Source of the DNA: Octopus vulgaris
Taxonomy: Eukaryota
NCBI GenBank assembly: GCA_951406725.2
Contig: OX597831.1
Coordinates: 75,640,001-75,704,000, forward strand
Length of the DNA: 64,000 nt
Reading direction: 5' to 3'
Shown here one piece after another: positions 1 to 10,954 of this stretch. Each line of letters opens with the position of its first letter. Position 1 is the first letter of the stretch. The position numbers and the translations under genes are program-made. The notes beneath the pieces are model-generated. The model had not been told where the DNA came from. It ran no database searches and saw nothing but the letters and a program-made list of their open reading frames with translations.

Positions 1-2985
1 GAGATAGTCGAGATGCTTGAACGGAGATGTGTGGATATATGTTGCATGCAAGAAATAAGGTGGAGAGGAGGATCAGCTAGGTTCCTCACAGGCAAGGAAC
101 GCAGGTACAAGATTTTCTGGGCAGGGAATACTGACGGGGTTGGTGGCGTGGGTATACTTATCGCTAAGAAATGGGTAGATAAAGTAATTGAGGTAATCAG
201 AGTAAGTGACAGAATACTTAAGATTAGATTAGTGCTTCATCATAGTTTAGCAACCATTATATCAGCCTATGCTCCTCAGTCGGGGCTACCCGATGGACAG
301 AAAGACCGATTCTATGACACTCTACTGCAGACTACCTCATTGACGAACGACAGAGACCTTATCTTTGTGGCTGGTGACTTCAATGGTCACGTTGGACGAC
401 ATGCTGGGGGCTTCCATGGCGTACATGGAGGCTACGGCTATGGCTCCCGCAACGAGGAGGGAACCAGGCTGCTGGAGTTCTGCGATGCAAATAATCTTAT
501 GATTTGCAACACTAACTTCAGGAAACCTACCAGCCACCTAGTCACTTACCAATCGGGCCAACATACCAGCCAAATTGACTACATCCTTACAAGGCAAAGG
601 GAGAGATGGCTGCTTATAAATGCCAAAACCTTCCCAGGTGAAGAATGTACCCCACAACATAGACTGGTAGTTAGTGACTTTAGGATCAGGACTAGGAGGA
701 CAACCAGAAGACGACAAATATGGAGAAGAAGGATCTGGAAGCTTAAAGATCCTGCAAATGGACAGAGATTTAGGGACATATTACTTGAAGCCTCTGACGA
801 AGTAGAAGGGGATAGAGCATCACAGGGGGTAGAAGACAGCTGGACGTTTCTAAGGGACAACCTGCTGAGAGCCACTGACCAGATCTGTGGCTGGTGCAAA
901 GTCCCCTCTCGACCTAGAATAACGTGGTGGTGGAACAATATTGTAGACAGGGCTATTAGAGAAAAGAGACAGGCTTGGAAGGTCTGGAAAAATGGGGGTA
1001 GCAGGGAATTGTATCAGACTGCCAAAAGAGAAGCTAGGAGACAGGTTTATTTAGCCAGAGGGGAAGCAGATAAGAAAAAATTTGCCAATGTTCTGCGCCG
1101 TGAGGACCAAAGACTGGAGGTGTTTCGTGTTGCAAGACAGTGTGTGAGAGAGAATCGTGATGTGGTAGGAGAGAAGTGTGTTCGCATGGAAGATGGTTCA
1201 CTTGCGCTAAATGAGGATGCAAAGAGAGAGGTTTGGAGATGCCACTACGAAAGGTTGCTGAATGAAGAAAATGAATGGGATAAAGAGAGTCTGCCGAATG
1301 TTGACCCAACAGAGGGACCAGCTATCCGAGTTGATAATTCTGTGGTAGCTAAGGCAATTAGAAGCATGAAGACAGGGAAAGCCCCAGGCCCATCAGGAAT
1401 CACTGCAGAGATGCTCAAAATGTCTGGTAGTGTCGGCTATAGCCTAGTCACCCATATAGTTAATCAGGTGATACACAAAGGGGTCATACCCAATGACTGG
1501 TGTAGCAGTATAATAGTCAACTGCTACAAAGGTAAAGGTGATGCCCTAGATACAAACAACTACAGAGGTATCAAGCTGTTGGACCAGGTGATGAAGGTTA
1601 CGGAGAGGGTCATAGCCCAACTAATTAGAGAGAGAGTTAGTTTAGATGAGATGCAGTTTGGGTTTGTGCCAGGGAAAAGTACTACTGATGCTATATTCCT
1701 GGTAAGGCAGCTGCAGGAGAAATACCTAGCCAAAGATAAGCCCCTGTACCTGGCTTTTGTTGACATGGAGAAAGCCTTCGACAGGGTCCCCCGATCCCTT
1801 ATCTGGTGGGCAATGAGAAAACTAGGGATAGATGAATGGTTAGTGAGAGCTGTGTGGGCCATGTATAGGGACGCCGCTAGTAGGGTGAGGGTTGGAAATG
1901 AGTACAGTGAAGAATTCCGGGTAGAGGTAGGGGTCCACCAAGGCTCAGTACTCAGCCCCCTCCTATTTATCATAGTCCTCCAGGCAATAACGGAGGAATT
2001 CAAGACAGGATGCCCTTGGGAGCTCCTCTATGCTGATGACCTTGCTCTAATTGCTGAGTCGCTATCAGAACTGGAGGAGAAGTTTCAGGTGTGGAAACAA
2101 GGATTAGAATCGAAGGGCCTCAGAGTCAATCTAGCTAAAACCAAAGTCGTAATCAGTAGGAAGGTAGACAAATCACAAACACCTTCAGGTAGATGGCCCT
2201 GCTCGATCTGTAGAAAAGGTGTAGGTAGAAACTCTATAAGATGCACCAAGTGTAAGCTATGGACACATAAGAGATGCAGCAATGTCAAAGGAAGGCTAAC
2301 TAGGAAGATGGTTTTTGTATGTGGCAGATGCTCAGGAACAATAAACACTGAAAATGCTCTGAGACCAACTTCTGTCACTTTCCAGGGAGAAAAACTAGAA
2401 ATAGTTGATAGTTTCCGTTACCTAGGTGACCAAGTAAGCAGCGGGGGCGGGTGTGCTGAAAGTGTAACTGCTAGAGTAAGAATAGCTTGGGCAAAGTTCA
2501 GAGAGCTCTTACCTCTGCTGGTGACAAAAGGCCTCTCGCACAGAGTGAAAGGCAGACTGTATGATGCGTGTGTACGAACAGCCATGCTACATGGCAGTGA
2601 AACATGGGCCGTGACTGCTGAGGATATGCGTAAGCTCGCTAGAAATGAAGCCAGTATGCTCCGATGGATGTGTAATGCCAGTACTCACACTCGGCAGAGT
2701 GTAAGTACCTTGAGAGAAAAGCTGGACCTAAGAAGCATCAGTTGTGGTGTGCAAGAGAGACGTTTGCGCTGGTATGGTCATGTGGCGAGAATGGATGAAG
2801 ATAGTTGTGTGAAAAAGTGCCACACCCTAGCGGTTGAGGGAACCTGTGGAAGAGGCAGACCCAGGAAAACCTGGGACGAGGTGGTGAAGCACGACCTTCG
2901 AACTTTAGGTCTCACCGAGGAAATGACTAGAGACCGAGACCTCTGGAAGTGTGCTGTGCGCGAGAAGACCCGGCAGGACAAGTGA
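1..2985 (+). CDS. LINE ORF: APE endonuclease + reverse transcriptase + PHD-type finger (5'-partial)
   Basis: Frame is open from base 1 (EIVEMLERR). APE motifs CMQE, SAYAP, GDFNGH, IDYIL, PQH. RT motifs KAPGPSG, YRGIKLL, QFGF, FVDMEKAFD, GVHQGSVLSP, YADD, FRYLG. RTE-type C-terminus RLRWYGHVAR...RGRPRKTW. Confidence 0.95.
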   Translation, partial: EIVEMLERRCVDICCMQEIRWRGGSARFLTGKERRYKIFWAGNTDGVGGVGILIAKKWVDKVIEVIRVSDRILKIRLVLHHSLATIISAYAPQSGLPDGQKDRFYDTLLQTTSLTNDRDLIFVAGDFNGHVGRHAGGFHGVHGGYGYGSRNEEGTRLLEFCDANNLMICNTNFRKPTSHLVTYQSGQHTSQIDYILTRQRERWLLINAKTFPGEECTPQHRLVVSDFRIRTRRTTRRRQIWRRRIWKLKDPANGQRFRDILLEASDEVEGDRASQGVEDSWTFLRDNLLRATDQICGWCKVPSRPRITWWWNNIVDRAIREKRQAWKVWKNGGSRELYQTAKREARRQVYLARGEADKKKFANVLRREDQRLEVFRVARQCVRENRDVVGEKCVRMEDGSLALNEDAKREVWRCHYERLLNEENEWDKESLPNVDPTEGPAIRVDNSVVAKAIRSMKTGKAPGPSGITAEMLKMSGSVGYSLVTHIVNQVIHKGVIPNDWCSSIIVNCYKGKGDALDTNNYRGIKLLDQVMKVTERVIAQLIRERVSLDEMQFGFVPGKSTTDAIFLVRQLQEKYLAKDKPLYLAFVDMEKAFDRVPRSLIWWAMRKLGIDEWLVRAVWAMYRDAASRVRVGNEYSEEFRVEVGVHQGSVLSPLLFIIVLQAITEEFKTGCPWELLYADDLALIAESLSELEEKFQVWKQGLESKGLRVNLAKTKVVISRKVDKSQTPSGRWPCSICRKGVGRNSIRCTKCKLWTHKRCSNVKGRLTRKMVFVCGRCSGTINTENALRPTSVTFQGEKLEIVDSFRYLGDQVSSGGGCAESVTARVRIAWAKFRELLPLLVTKGLSHRVKGRLYDACVRTAMLHGSETWAVTAEDMRKLARNEASMLRWMCNASTHTRQSVSTLREKLDLRSISCGVQERRLRWYGHVARMDEDSCVKKCHTLAVEGTCGRGRPRKTWDEVVKHDLRTLGLTEEMTRDRDLWKCAVREKTRQDK

Positions 2986-3600
2986 GTCCACAACCCGTGA
3001 CCTTCTACATGGGATGGAGCCAGCCTACGTATGCATACCTTCCCTTCTTGGGACACAAAACTCTACTTGTGAAGACGTGTTGAGGCAAGTGAGGATCAGA
3101 ATCGAAATCGATCAATGGAAATTGCGGATGTGCTACCAGTGCCGGTGGCATGTCGAAACTCTGCTTGTGAAGACCCGTTGAGGCAAGTGAGGATCAGAAT
3201 CGAAATCGATCAATGGAAATCGATCAATGGAAATTGCAGATGTGTTACCAGTGCCGGTGGCATGTAAGAGAACCTTCCGTTTCGCGACCGTTGCCAGCAC
3301 CGCCCCGTTTCGTGTTCGTTGCCAGCCTCGCCTGGCCCTCGTGCCGGTGGCACATAAAAAACACCATCCGTTCGTGGCCGTTTGCCAGCTCTGGCTGGCA
3401 CCAGTGCGGGTGGCACGTAAAAAGCACCCACTACACTCACGGAGTGGTTGGCGTTAGGAAGGGCATCCAGCCGTAGAAACATTGCCAGATTTGACTGGGC
3501 CTGATGAAGCCTTCTGGCTTCACAGACCCCAGCAGAACCGTCCAACCCATGCTAGCATGGAAAACGGACGCTAAATGATGATGATGATGATGATGATGAT
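1..3600 (+). mobile_element. RTE-clade non-LTR retrotransposon (LINE), 5' end outside window, with structured 3' UTR and (ATG)n tail
   Basis: Uninterrupted APE-RT ORF to 2985, then about 590 nt of 3' UTR whose end (GGTTGGCGTTAGGAAGGGCATCC...CCATGCTAGCATGG...(ATG)n) recurs many times in the window as 5'-truncated copies. Confidence 0.95.
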
Positions 3601-3631
3601 GTGTATGTATATATATATGTGTATATATATA

Positions 3632-3665
<34 letters not shown>

Positions 3666-3849
3666 CTCGCATACATATACACACACACATACATACATGT
3701 ATGTATTTATGTATAAGTATGTGGCTATAATATCTATATAGCTATCTACACATGCGCACGCATACAGGTGCAAAAAATCAGTCCAAAGCCATTACCATGT
3801 GTTTGATCTTCAAATAGTAAACTTATTTAAATGAAATACAGGTGCATCT

Positions 3850-4385
3850 GTCATCGTCGTTTAGCGTCTGTTTTCCATGCTGGCATGGGTTGGACAGATT
3901 GACTGGTGTCTGTGAAGCCAGGCGGCTGCACCAGGCCCCAATCTGATCTGGCAGTGTTTCTACAGCTGGATGCCCTTCCTAAAGCCAACCACTCTGAGAG
4001 TGTGGTGGGTGCTTTTTACATGCCTCCAGCACAGGGTCCAGGGAGGGCTGACATCGACCACGATCGAATGGTGCTTTTTATGTGCCACTGGCACAGAAGC
4101 CAGTCAAAGCGGCACCGGCATCAACCACAATCAGATGGTGCTTTTTTATGTGCCACCGGCATGGAAATCAGTCAAAGCGCCATTGGGATCGGCCACATTC
4201 GGATGGTGCTTTTTACATGCTAACAGCATGGGGGTCGCAACTAGAATTTCCATTGATGTCGATGTTGATGTACCTGACTCAATAGGTCACCTCAAGCATG
4301 GCATGTCACCCTACAATCCAAGGTACTTTTAAGTGGGCAGGTTATACAACACTTGTATAGGTTACAGCTGTGAACTCACTTTATT
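3850..4385 (-). mobile_element. RTE 3'-end fragment
   Basis: Reverse complement of the 3' UTR terminal modules at 3250-3600. Confidence 0.85.
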
Positions 4386-4576
4386 TGTTAGTAATAAATG
4401 ATGCAATTTTATTAGTATTGTACTGTGCCAGGTGTGTTCAAGGTACCAGTTAACCAGTCTGGTAGCTATGGAAACTTCAAGTTTCTGCTCATGAATTATT
4501 GAGGATCACAAGAAGCTCTGCAACGTCAGTGTCCAGTTAGTTGGTATTGTACACCTATGTATGTGTGTGTATATAC

Positions 4577-4777
4577 CAGTGGTTTTCAACCAGGGTTCTG
4601 CCAGTACAGTCCAGGGGTTCTGCAAGAAGTTACAAAACTGCTAAAATCGGCAGTAATCTTTCATTTTCCTGTGCAGATATATGTGCATAAGACAATTAAA
4701 TTATTGCACAGGGGTTCCTCGAGCCAGTGGAATGTTTCCTTGGGGTTCCGCTCCAGCAAAAAGTTTGAAAAGCATTG
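4577..4777. mobile_element. hAT-type MITE
   Basis: Termini CAGTGGTTTTCAA / TTGAAAAGCATTG with a perfect 8-bp target duplication GTATATAC (4569-4576, 4778-4785). Confidence 0.85.
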
Positions 4778-5107
4778 GTATATACAAACACACACATACA
4801 CGAAGGGGTGGTAAAAAGTTACTGGTTTTAAGGGTGTCATGAAAATCCTGGTTGGAGGCCCAACCTTCCGAGTTCTTTTACAGGGCTTAGAAAAACTGAA
4901 GGACCCCTGCAATAAGTGTGTGAATCTGAGAGGGGGAATACATTGCATAAAATCGTAATTGATCCTCCTGAATTTAGCCGTTTCTCCATAGATTGAAAAA
5001 AATGATGAATACTCTTAATCGATTTTCGAATCTTATTGGATTCTTGTCTGTATGTGTATCTGTATCTATCTGTGGGTGTGTTTATATCTATCTATGTGTG
5101 TGCATGT

Positions 5108-5192
<85 letters not shown>

Positions 5193-5199
<7 letters not shown>

Positions 5200-5653
5200 A
5201 AATGGAAAGATGAATTATCTTGTTATGGATTATTCAAAAGTTTAACCGATACCCTGAATTCTTAAAATATTCAGAACATTAACTTTGGTCACACAGAACA
5301 TCTCCACACCCCTTGTTCTCATTAATTCCTCACCTACTAGATTTGACCGCGGCCTGACCTGGATTTATTCCAATGGACCTTTTGTCGGCCCCCACCAACC
5401 CCCCGATTTCAACGTACATTGATAAACATTTTACCCATGGGCTCTTAAGGAGCGTCCTCATTCGAATTGCTTTGCTGCGCCTTTGTTTTGTTTTGTTCTG
5501 ACAACGTAATTCCTGGTTTTTCCTGAAGAGAAAGCTGCAATATGGTATCCTTATTTAGTCAGAATTTGGAAAATTGTGGCCTTTGAAACATGTGTAGAAT
5601 GCAATAAAAGGAATTCTGTACAATCTTCGTTCAACTCCATTTCTTCCATTCAC

Positions 5654-5657
<4 letters not shown>
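5193..5657 (+). mobile_element. Probable decayed Penelope-like 3' end
   Basis: Bounded by (TA)n on both sides and carries a hammerhead-like CTGAAGA...GAAACATGTGTA motif (5523-5596). Confidence 0.4.
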
Positions 5658-5693
<36 letters not shown>

Positions 5694-5740
5694 GTGTTGT
5701 TGTCATTCCATTTATTTTTTCCCTTTAAAACTTATTCCAG

Positions 5741-5884
5741 AGTTCCCAAATTACCAATTGCCATTGAAAACACTGCTGCCCTCATTCGTGCAAGTGTGGA
5801 ACATCGTCAAGATGCCACTTCTGGTCAGACAGACTGGGAATCGAACCACAAACTGAGAAATCTCTATGGATTAGCATTGATTAG
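5741..5884 (+). CDS. LAS1L: LAS1L exon (VPKLPIAIENTAALI...LRNLYGLALIR)
   Basis: ttattccag acceptor, AG|gtaatt donor, phase 2/2. Resembles the Las1 HEPN segment LPLAVASTADL...LRLLYGMALVRF recalled for human LAS1L. Confidence 0.9.
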
Positions 5885-6489
5885 GTAATTATAAAGATTG
5901 GTTCATCATTATCTCTTTCATATGCACGTTTGTTCCATGTTTGCATGGTTCAGAAAGAATTTGTTGTGGCAGATTCTCTATGGCCAGATGTTTTTCCTGT
6001 TACCACTCATCACCTGTTTCCAAGTAAGGTAAATATTTTCCCATGGCCAGACATATTTTCATGGCAGATTGGGAACACACAACCCTGATGGTTTGATGCT
6101 GATATCTGTTTACACCTGTCTTGCTGCATCCAGGCAAAGAAGGGAGGACTGGTGGAGATCTGTAGATAAGACCTTTTGTTGCCTAATTTTTGTTCTAAAT
6201 ATTAGCTTAACAATCCTTTCTGATATAGGCACAAGGCCTGAAATTTTTGGGGAGGGGACTAGTTGATTACATTGACCCCAGTGTTATTTAATTCATTGAC
6301 CTCTGAAAGGGTAATGTCAACCTTGGTGGAATTTGAACTCAGATCATGAAGACAGAGGAAATACCATTAAGCATTTCGCCAGGTATGCGCGCACACACAC
6401 GCACAGTGGGTTTCCTATGTATGTTCATCATCATCATCATTTTAAACTCCTCTTTTTCATGCTTGAATGGGTTCAGCAGAGTTTGTTTG

Positions 6490-6772
6490 TTTGTTCCTTC
6501 TCAAGCCACACCTGGCTCATAGGGGCTGGTTTCCTGGATTCATTGATGTATAGGTTCCCCACCTGGATGGGACGCCGGTCCATCGCAGGTGAGCTGCAAG
6601 ATGCAGGAAGAAAGAGTGAGAGAAAGTTGTAGTGAAAGAGTCAGCAGAAGTTTCGTCATTACATTCGACCGGAGACGCGTGGAGCTCAGGTGTTTCGCTC
6701 ATAAACACACATTGCCCGGTCTGAGATTCGAAGCCGCGAGCCCGCTGCTCTAATCACTAGGCCACGTGCCAC
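6490..6772 (-). mobile_element. tRNA-headed SINE (family C head, alternative tail)
   Basis: Minus-strand head resembles the 26883 SINE; the tail differs (CTGCGATGGACCGGCGTCCCATCCAGG) and ends in (AAAC)n. Confidence 0.65.
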
Positions 6773-7156
6773 AACTCAGCAGAGTTTACTGAGGCACATT
6801 TCCATAGTGGCACTTGCAAGCCTCCTTCTTTGCAAGTGAGTACATCAGCCATGCGTGTACATGCTTCTCTCTATGCCACATCACGATTTTCTTCTGACAT
6901 GTAAGCTAAAAATATGTGAAGTGTGGATTCTGTTGGTTGGCTCTAGCACTTTTATGTTCTGAGTTCAAATCCTGCTTTAGTCAATTTCACCTTTCATATC
7001 ATTTCACAGTTGACACAGTGAAGTGCCATTCGGGTGCTGGGGTCAATATTCATTTGACTGACCCCCCCCCCCCTTCATCTCAAATTTCCAGCCTTGTTTC
7101 TATGTTAGAAAATTATTATTTCTGCACCTTTTTCTTTTTCTTTCTATTTTCTTCAG

Positions 7157-7229
7157 ATTCATCAACCACATAACAGAGACGAAACAGAATAAAGTCTATG
7201 CACGCTCACTTATATCCATTGCCAAAGAG
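7157..7229 (+). CDS. LAS1L: LAS1L exon (FINHITETKQNKVYARSLISIAKE)
   Basis: Polypyrimidine tract + cag, GAG|gtcagt donor, phase 2/0. Completes the conserved RF(V/I)N motif. Confidence 0.9.
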
Positions 7230-7307
7230 GTCAGTTCTACATAAAAACAAAAAAAAAAAAACATTTGATGTTTCTCTTGTAATTATCTTTACATTTATTG
7301 ACATTAT

Positions 7308-8123
7308 TTATAAAGTGTACACATGTTGTATAAGGTGTATACATGTAGTATAAAGTGTATGCATGTAGTTTAAGGTGTGAACATGTTGTATAAGGTGTAT
7401 ACATGTATAAGGTGTATGCATGTATAAAGTGTATACATGTAGTATAAAGTGTATGCATGTAGTTTAAGGTGTGAACATGTTGTATAAGGTGTATACATGT
7501 ATAAGGTGTATGCATGTATAAAGTGTATACATGTAGTATAAAGTGTATGCATGTAGTTTAAGGTGTAAACATGTTGTATAAAGTGTACACATGTTGTATA
7601 AGGTGTATACATGTATAAAGTGCATACATGTATAAGGTGTATGCATGTATAAAGTATACATGTTGTATAAAGTGTACACATGTAGTATAGTGTATACATG
7701 TAGTATAAAGTGTATGCATGTATAAAGTATACATGTTGTATAAAGTGTACACATGTAGTATAGTGTAGACATGTAGTATAAAGTGTATGCATGTATAAAG
7801 TATACATGTATAAGGTGTATACATGTATAAAATGTATACATGCTGTATAAAGTGTACACATGTAGTATAGTGTATACATGTAGTATAAAGTGTATGCATG
7901 TAGTTTAAGGTGTAAACATGTTGTATAAGGTGTATACATGTATAAAGTGTATACATGTATAAGGTGTATGCATGTATAAAGTATACATGTTGTATAAAGT
8001 GTACACATGTAGTATAGTGTATACATGTTGTATAAAGTGTATGCATGTATAAAGTATACATGTTGTATAAAGTGTATACATGCTGTATAAAGTGTATACA
8101 TGTTGTGTAAGGTGTATACATGT
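7308..8123. repeat. AT-rich minisatellite of 15-19 bp variant units (TGTATACATGTA core)
   Basis: Tandem variants of TATAAAGTGTATACATG; explains the YTLY-type spurious ORFs. Confidence 0.9.
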
Positions 8124-8204
8124 CATAATACAAACTTTGAATGAGGGAATTATATTTCTGGCAGGATTTTGGATTTGTGGTGGTGCTTTATCTTCTGCCT
8201 TTTA

Positions 8205-8558
8205 CAAACTTCAGTCATTAGACTGCGGCCATGCTGGGGCACTGCCTTGGAGAATTTTTAGTTGAATGAATCGATCCCAGGACTTATTTTTAGTTTTTGT
8301 AAGCTTGGCACTTATTCTGTTGGTCTTTTCCCCACGAATCAGTAAGTCATGAGGATGTAAACACACCAACACTGGTTAAGTGGTGGTGTGGGGAAAACAG
8401 ACACACACACACACGCATACATATATGATGGGCTTCGTTTGGTTTCCGTCTACCAAATCCACTCACAAGGTTTTGGTCAGCTCAAGGCTATAGTAGAAGA
8501 CATTAACCCAAGGTACCACGCAGTGGGACTGAACCTAGAACCATGTGGTTGGTAAGCA
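8205..8558 (-). mobile_element. tRNA-headed SINE family A, diverged
   Basis: Reverse complement of the 12954-13345 element. Confidence 0.8.
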
Positions 8559-8849
8559 ATATTTTAGATATTGGAAGTTTACAAATTTTGGAATTTCAAA
8601 TAAACGGACTGTCAGTTATATAAAGAGGTACTCTGCTCTGGCCATTTTGGTATCAACATCCATCATCCACCCTCATCATTTACCCATTTGTCTCCCATCC
8701 GCATCCTCTCCACTTCTGCTACAACAATACGAGTTGTTTGGGCTGAAATTGACAGTTTGCATGGAAAGGAAACGCAAATTTCCATCCACAAATAAAAGTA
8801 TTTTAAAACATTAAAAAAAATCGACTAAATCATGGCTTGGAGACAACAG

Positions 8850-9130
8850 TTTATTAAAAAAAAGCTGCCCACAGTTCCCACCATGGCCTTCCTTCAGAAG
8901 GCTCTGGAACTTGGCACATGCATTCCTCACTGCCCCTGGGAAGATCTTCAAACACCTTCATGATCTTGGCCTTGATGTAACAAGCAGAATGGACAGTGTC
9001 TTTCTCAACCATACCTCACACATAGTAATCCATGGGATTTGCAATTGGAGGGAATTAGGGGTCTAGGAAATGGGGTTTGGTGAAGTTGTAGAAATTTTTC
9101 AACAATCCCTACTAAAACTTTTTAGGGGTA
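8850..9130 (-). pseudogene. Tc1/mariner-superfamily transposase C-terminal remnant
   Basis: Minus strand reads NPMDYYV*GMVEKDT, matching the SPD(L/C)NP(L/M)DY.VW catalytic-end motif; stops and frameshifts present. Confidence 0.6.
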
Positions 9131-9270
9131 TGACTGCTCCTTTCTTTCTTATTTTTGTTTCTGACTTAATGCATCTAGCATTATTTTGTCTATGTGTTCC
9201 TTTTCTAAAAACGTTACGGTAGGATTTGAAGGTGATATGGCTGTTATTTCTGCTGGAGGTGACCACATCA

Positions 9271-9603
9271 ACCCGTGGACATGTTTACAAAATCAGGAAA
9301 CAGCACAGCTCCCATGACTTTCGGAAACATTTTTTTCACGCTAAGAGTTGCTGAAGCATGGAACAAACTGCCGGCATCAGTTGTTAGTTGTCGGAGCACT
9401 GCATCCTTCAAAACTTCCATGCTTCCTGAGATTCGCCAACACTACACCTGATTTTCTCCCCTCCACACACACGCGAGCATGTATCTGACTCATACACTGT
9501 TCACTTCCCAGACATTTGTACATTACTGCATATGCTTTATACGCACTTTTGATAAGTTGTGGTGCACCTGAGCACTGTATACAATAATTTCATTATTATT
9601 ATT
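9271..9603 (+). mobile_element. CR1-like LINE 3' fragment
   Basis: TRGHVYKIRKQ...RVAEAWNKLPASVV...SFK C-terminus, 3' UTR and (TTA)n; near-identical to 16115-16500. Confidence 0.85.
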
Positions 9604-9710
9604 TTAAGATCTGAGAAGCATAAAACATGGCGTCGATGTTTTAATGCCTAAAGGGAGATAATCACCAGACTTTTAATATTTACAAAAAATGTTTCTCTTG
9701 CTGCCCGAAT

Positions 9711-10015
9711 ACTCTTTTACTTGTTTCAGTCATTTGACTGCGGCCATGCTGGAGCACCACCTTTAGTCGAGCAAATCGACCCCGGGACTTATTCTTTGTA
9801 AGCCCAGTACTTATTCTATCTGTCTCTTTTGCCGAACTGCTAAGTGACGGGGACGTAAACACACCAGCATCGATTGTCAAGCAATGCTAGAAGGACAAAC
9901 ACAGACACACATACACACACATACATATATACGACAGGCTTCTTTCAGTTTCCGTCTACCAAATCCACTCACAAGGCTTTGGTCGGCCCGGGGCTATAGC
10001 AGAAGACACTTGCCC
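9711..10015 (-). mobile_element. SINE family A, head-truncated
   Basis: High identity to the reverse complement of 13030-13345. Confidence 0.85.
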
Positions 10016-10112
10016 GTTGAGGATTAAACGTTGTTTAACCCGGGGCGAATTATTTATTTCCGGCCCAACATTTTTATGTTCGAATTATATTTATGGATAT
10101 TTTTATTCACAG

Positions 10113-10223
10113 CTCGGTCTTCCTGAATGGTTGATAGAACTGCGTCACAGTGCCACCCACAACAAGCTGCCCTCACTGGAAATCGTATGTACGGCTGTCG
10201 ACTGTAGTCTCAATTACTTACAG
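10113..10223 (+). CDS. LAS1L: LAS1L catalytic exon (LGLPEWLIELRHSATHNKLPSL...)
   Basis: cacag acceptor, CAG|gttggt donor, phase 0/0. Contains the HEPN RxxxxH active-site motif RHSATH typical of Las1. Confidence 0.95.
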
Positions 10224-10954
10224 GTTGGTCGGTTCTTTCTCTCTCATTGTTTGTACGTCTTTCATTCATTTTGGTCAGGCAGTTTGTTGGAGATAGGAGG
10301 AAGGGATTTGTAGGAGGTCGGGGTATTATTATAAGGGCTAAGGATGCTTGTAGAGATTAAATGGGCGTGGGGGTGCCGCTGGTTTGAGGATGACTTACTC
10401 CTTTTCGCTCGCCAGTTTTAGGAGCTGTGTAAAATTTTGTTAAGGGTACCACCTTCCCACCCTGATGGTATGGTACCTCACCCCCACCCCCATCGTGGTC
10501 TGATTTGTGCCCAGCTGTGTCAGGTTCTGTGGAATCTTAAGGCCTAACTTTCTAGCATCACTTATGAACTAGAAAACACCATGGTGTATGTATTTCATGT
10601 CAAGACATAAGTTCTGAGGTTAAGTTGAGAAACTGCGAACCACATGGCTGGGAAGCAAGCTTCTCAGGTACGCAACGATGTCTGCACCTATGGACACCTG
10701 CTCTGAATACCATGCAGTGGGGCTGAACCCCCAAACTGCCTAGTTGGCAAACAAGCTTCTCAACCTGTTGTCACCCTCCACCTAATAACAACAAATTCAT
10801 TGGGCCATTTTTTTTTGCTTCTCAACTCTTTCTTTGGAAGAGTGTAGGCTTGAAACATCAAAGAATTTTCCATTCTTCCCTAGTGTCAAACTAATACACC
10901 CACTTGTTCGCTCACCTGTCTTCATTTGAACTATTTATATATATATATATATAT

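Noticed and set aside
3138-3430. CRISPR-like repeat/spacer look of the GTGCCGGTGGCAC modules
   Set aside because: The linkers are homologous to each other, the context is a eukaryotic LINE UTR, and there are no cas genes.
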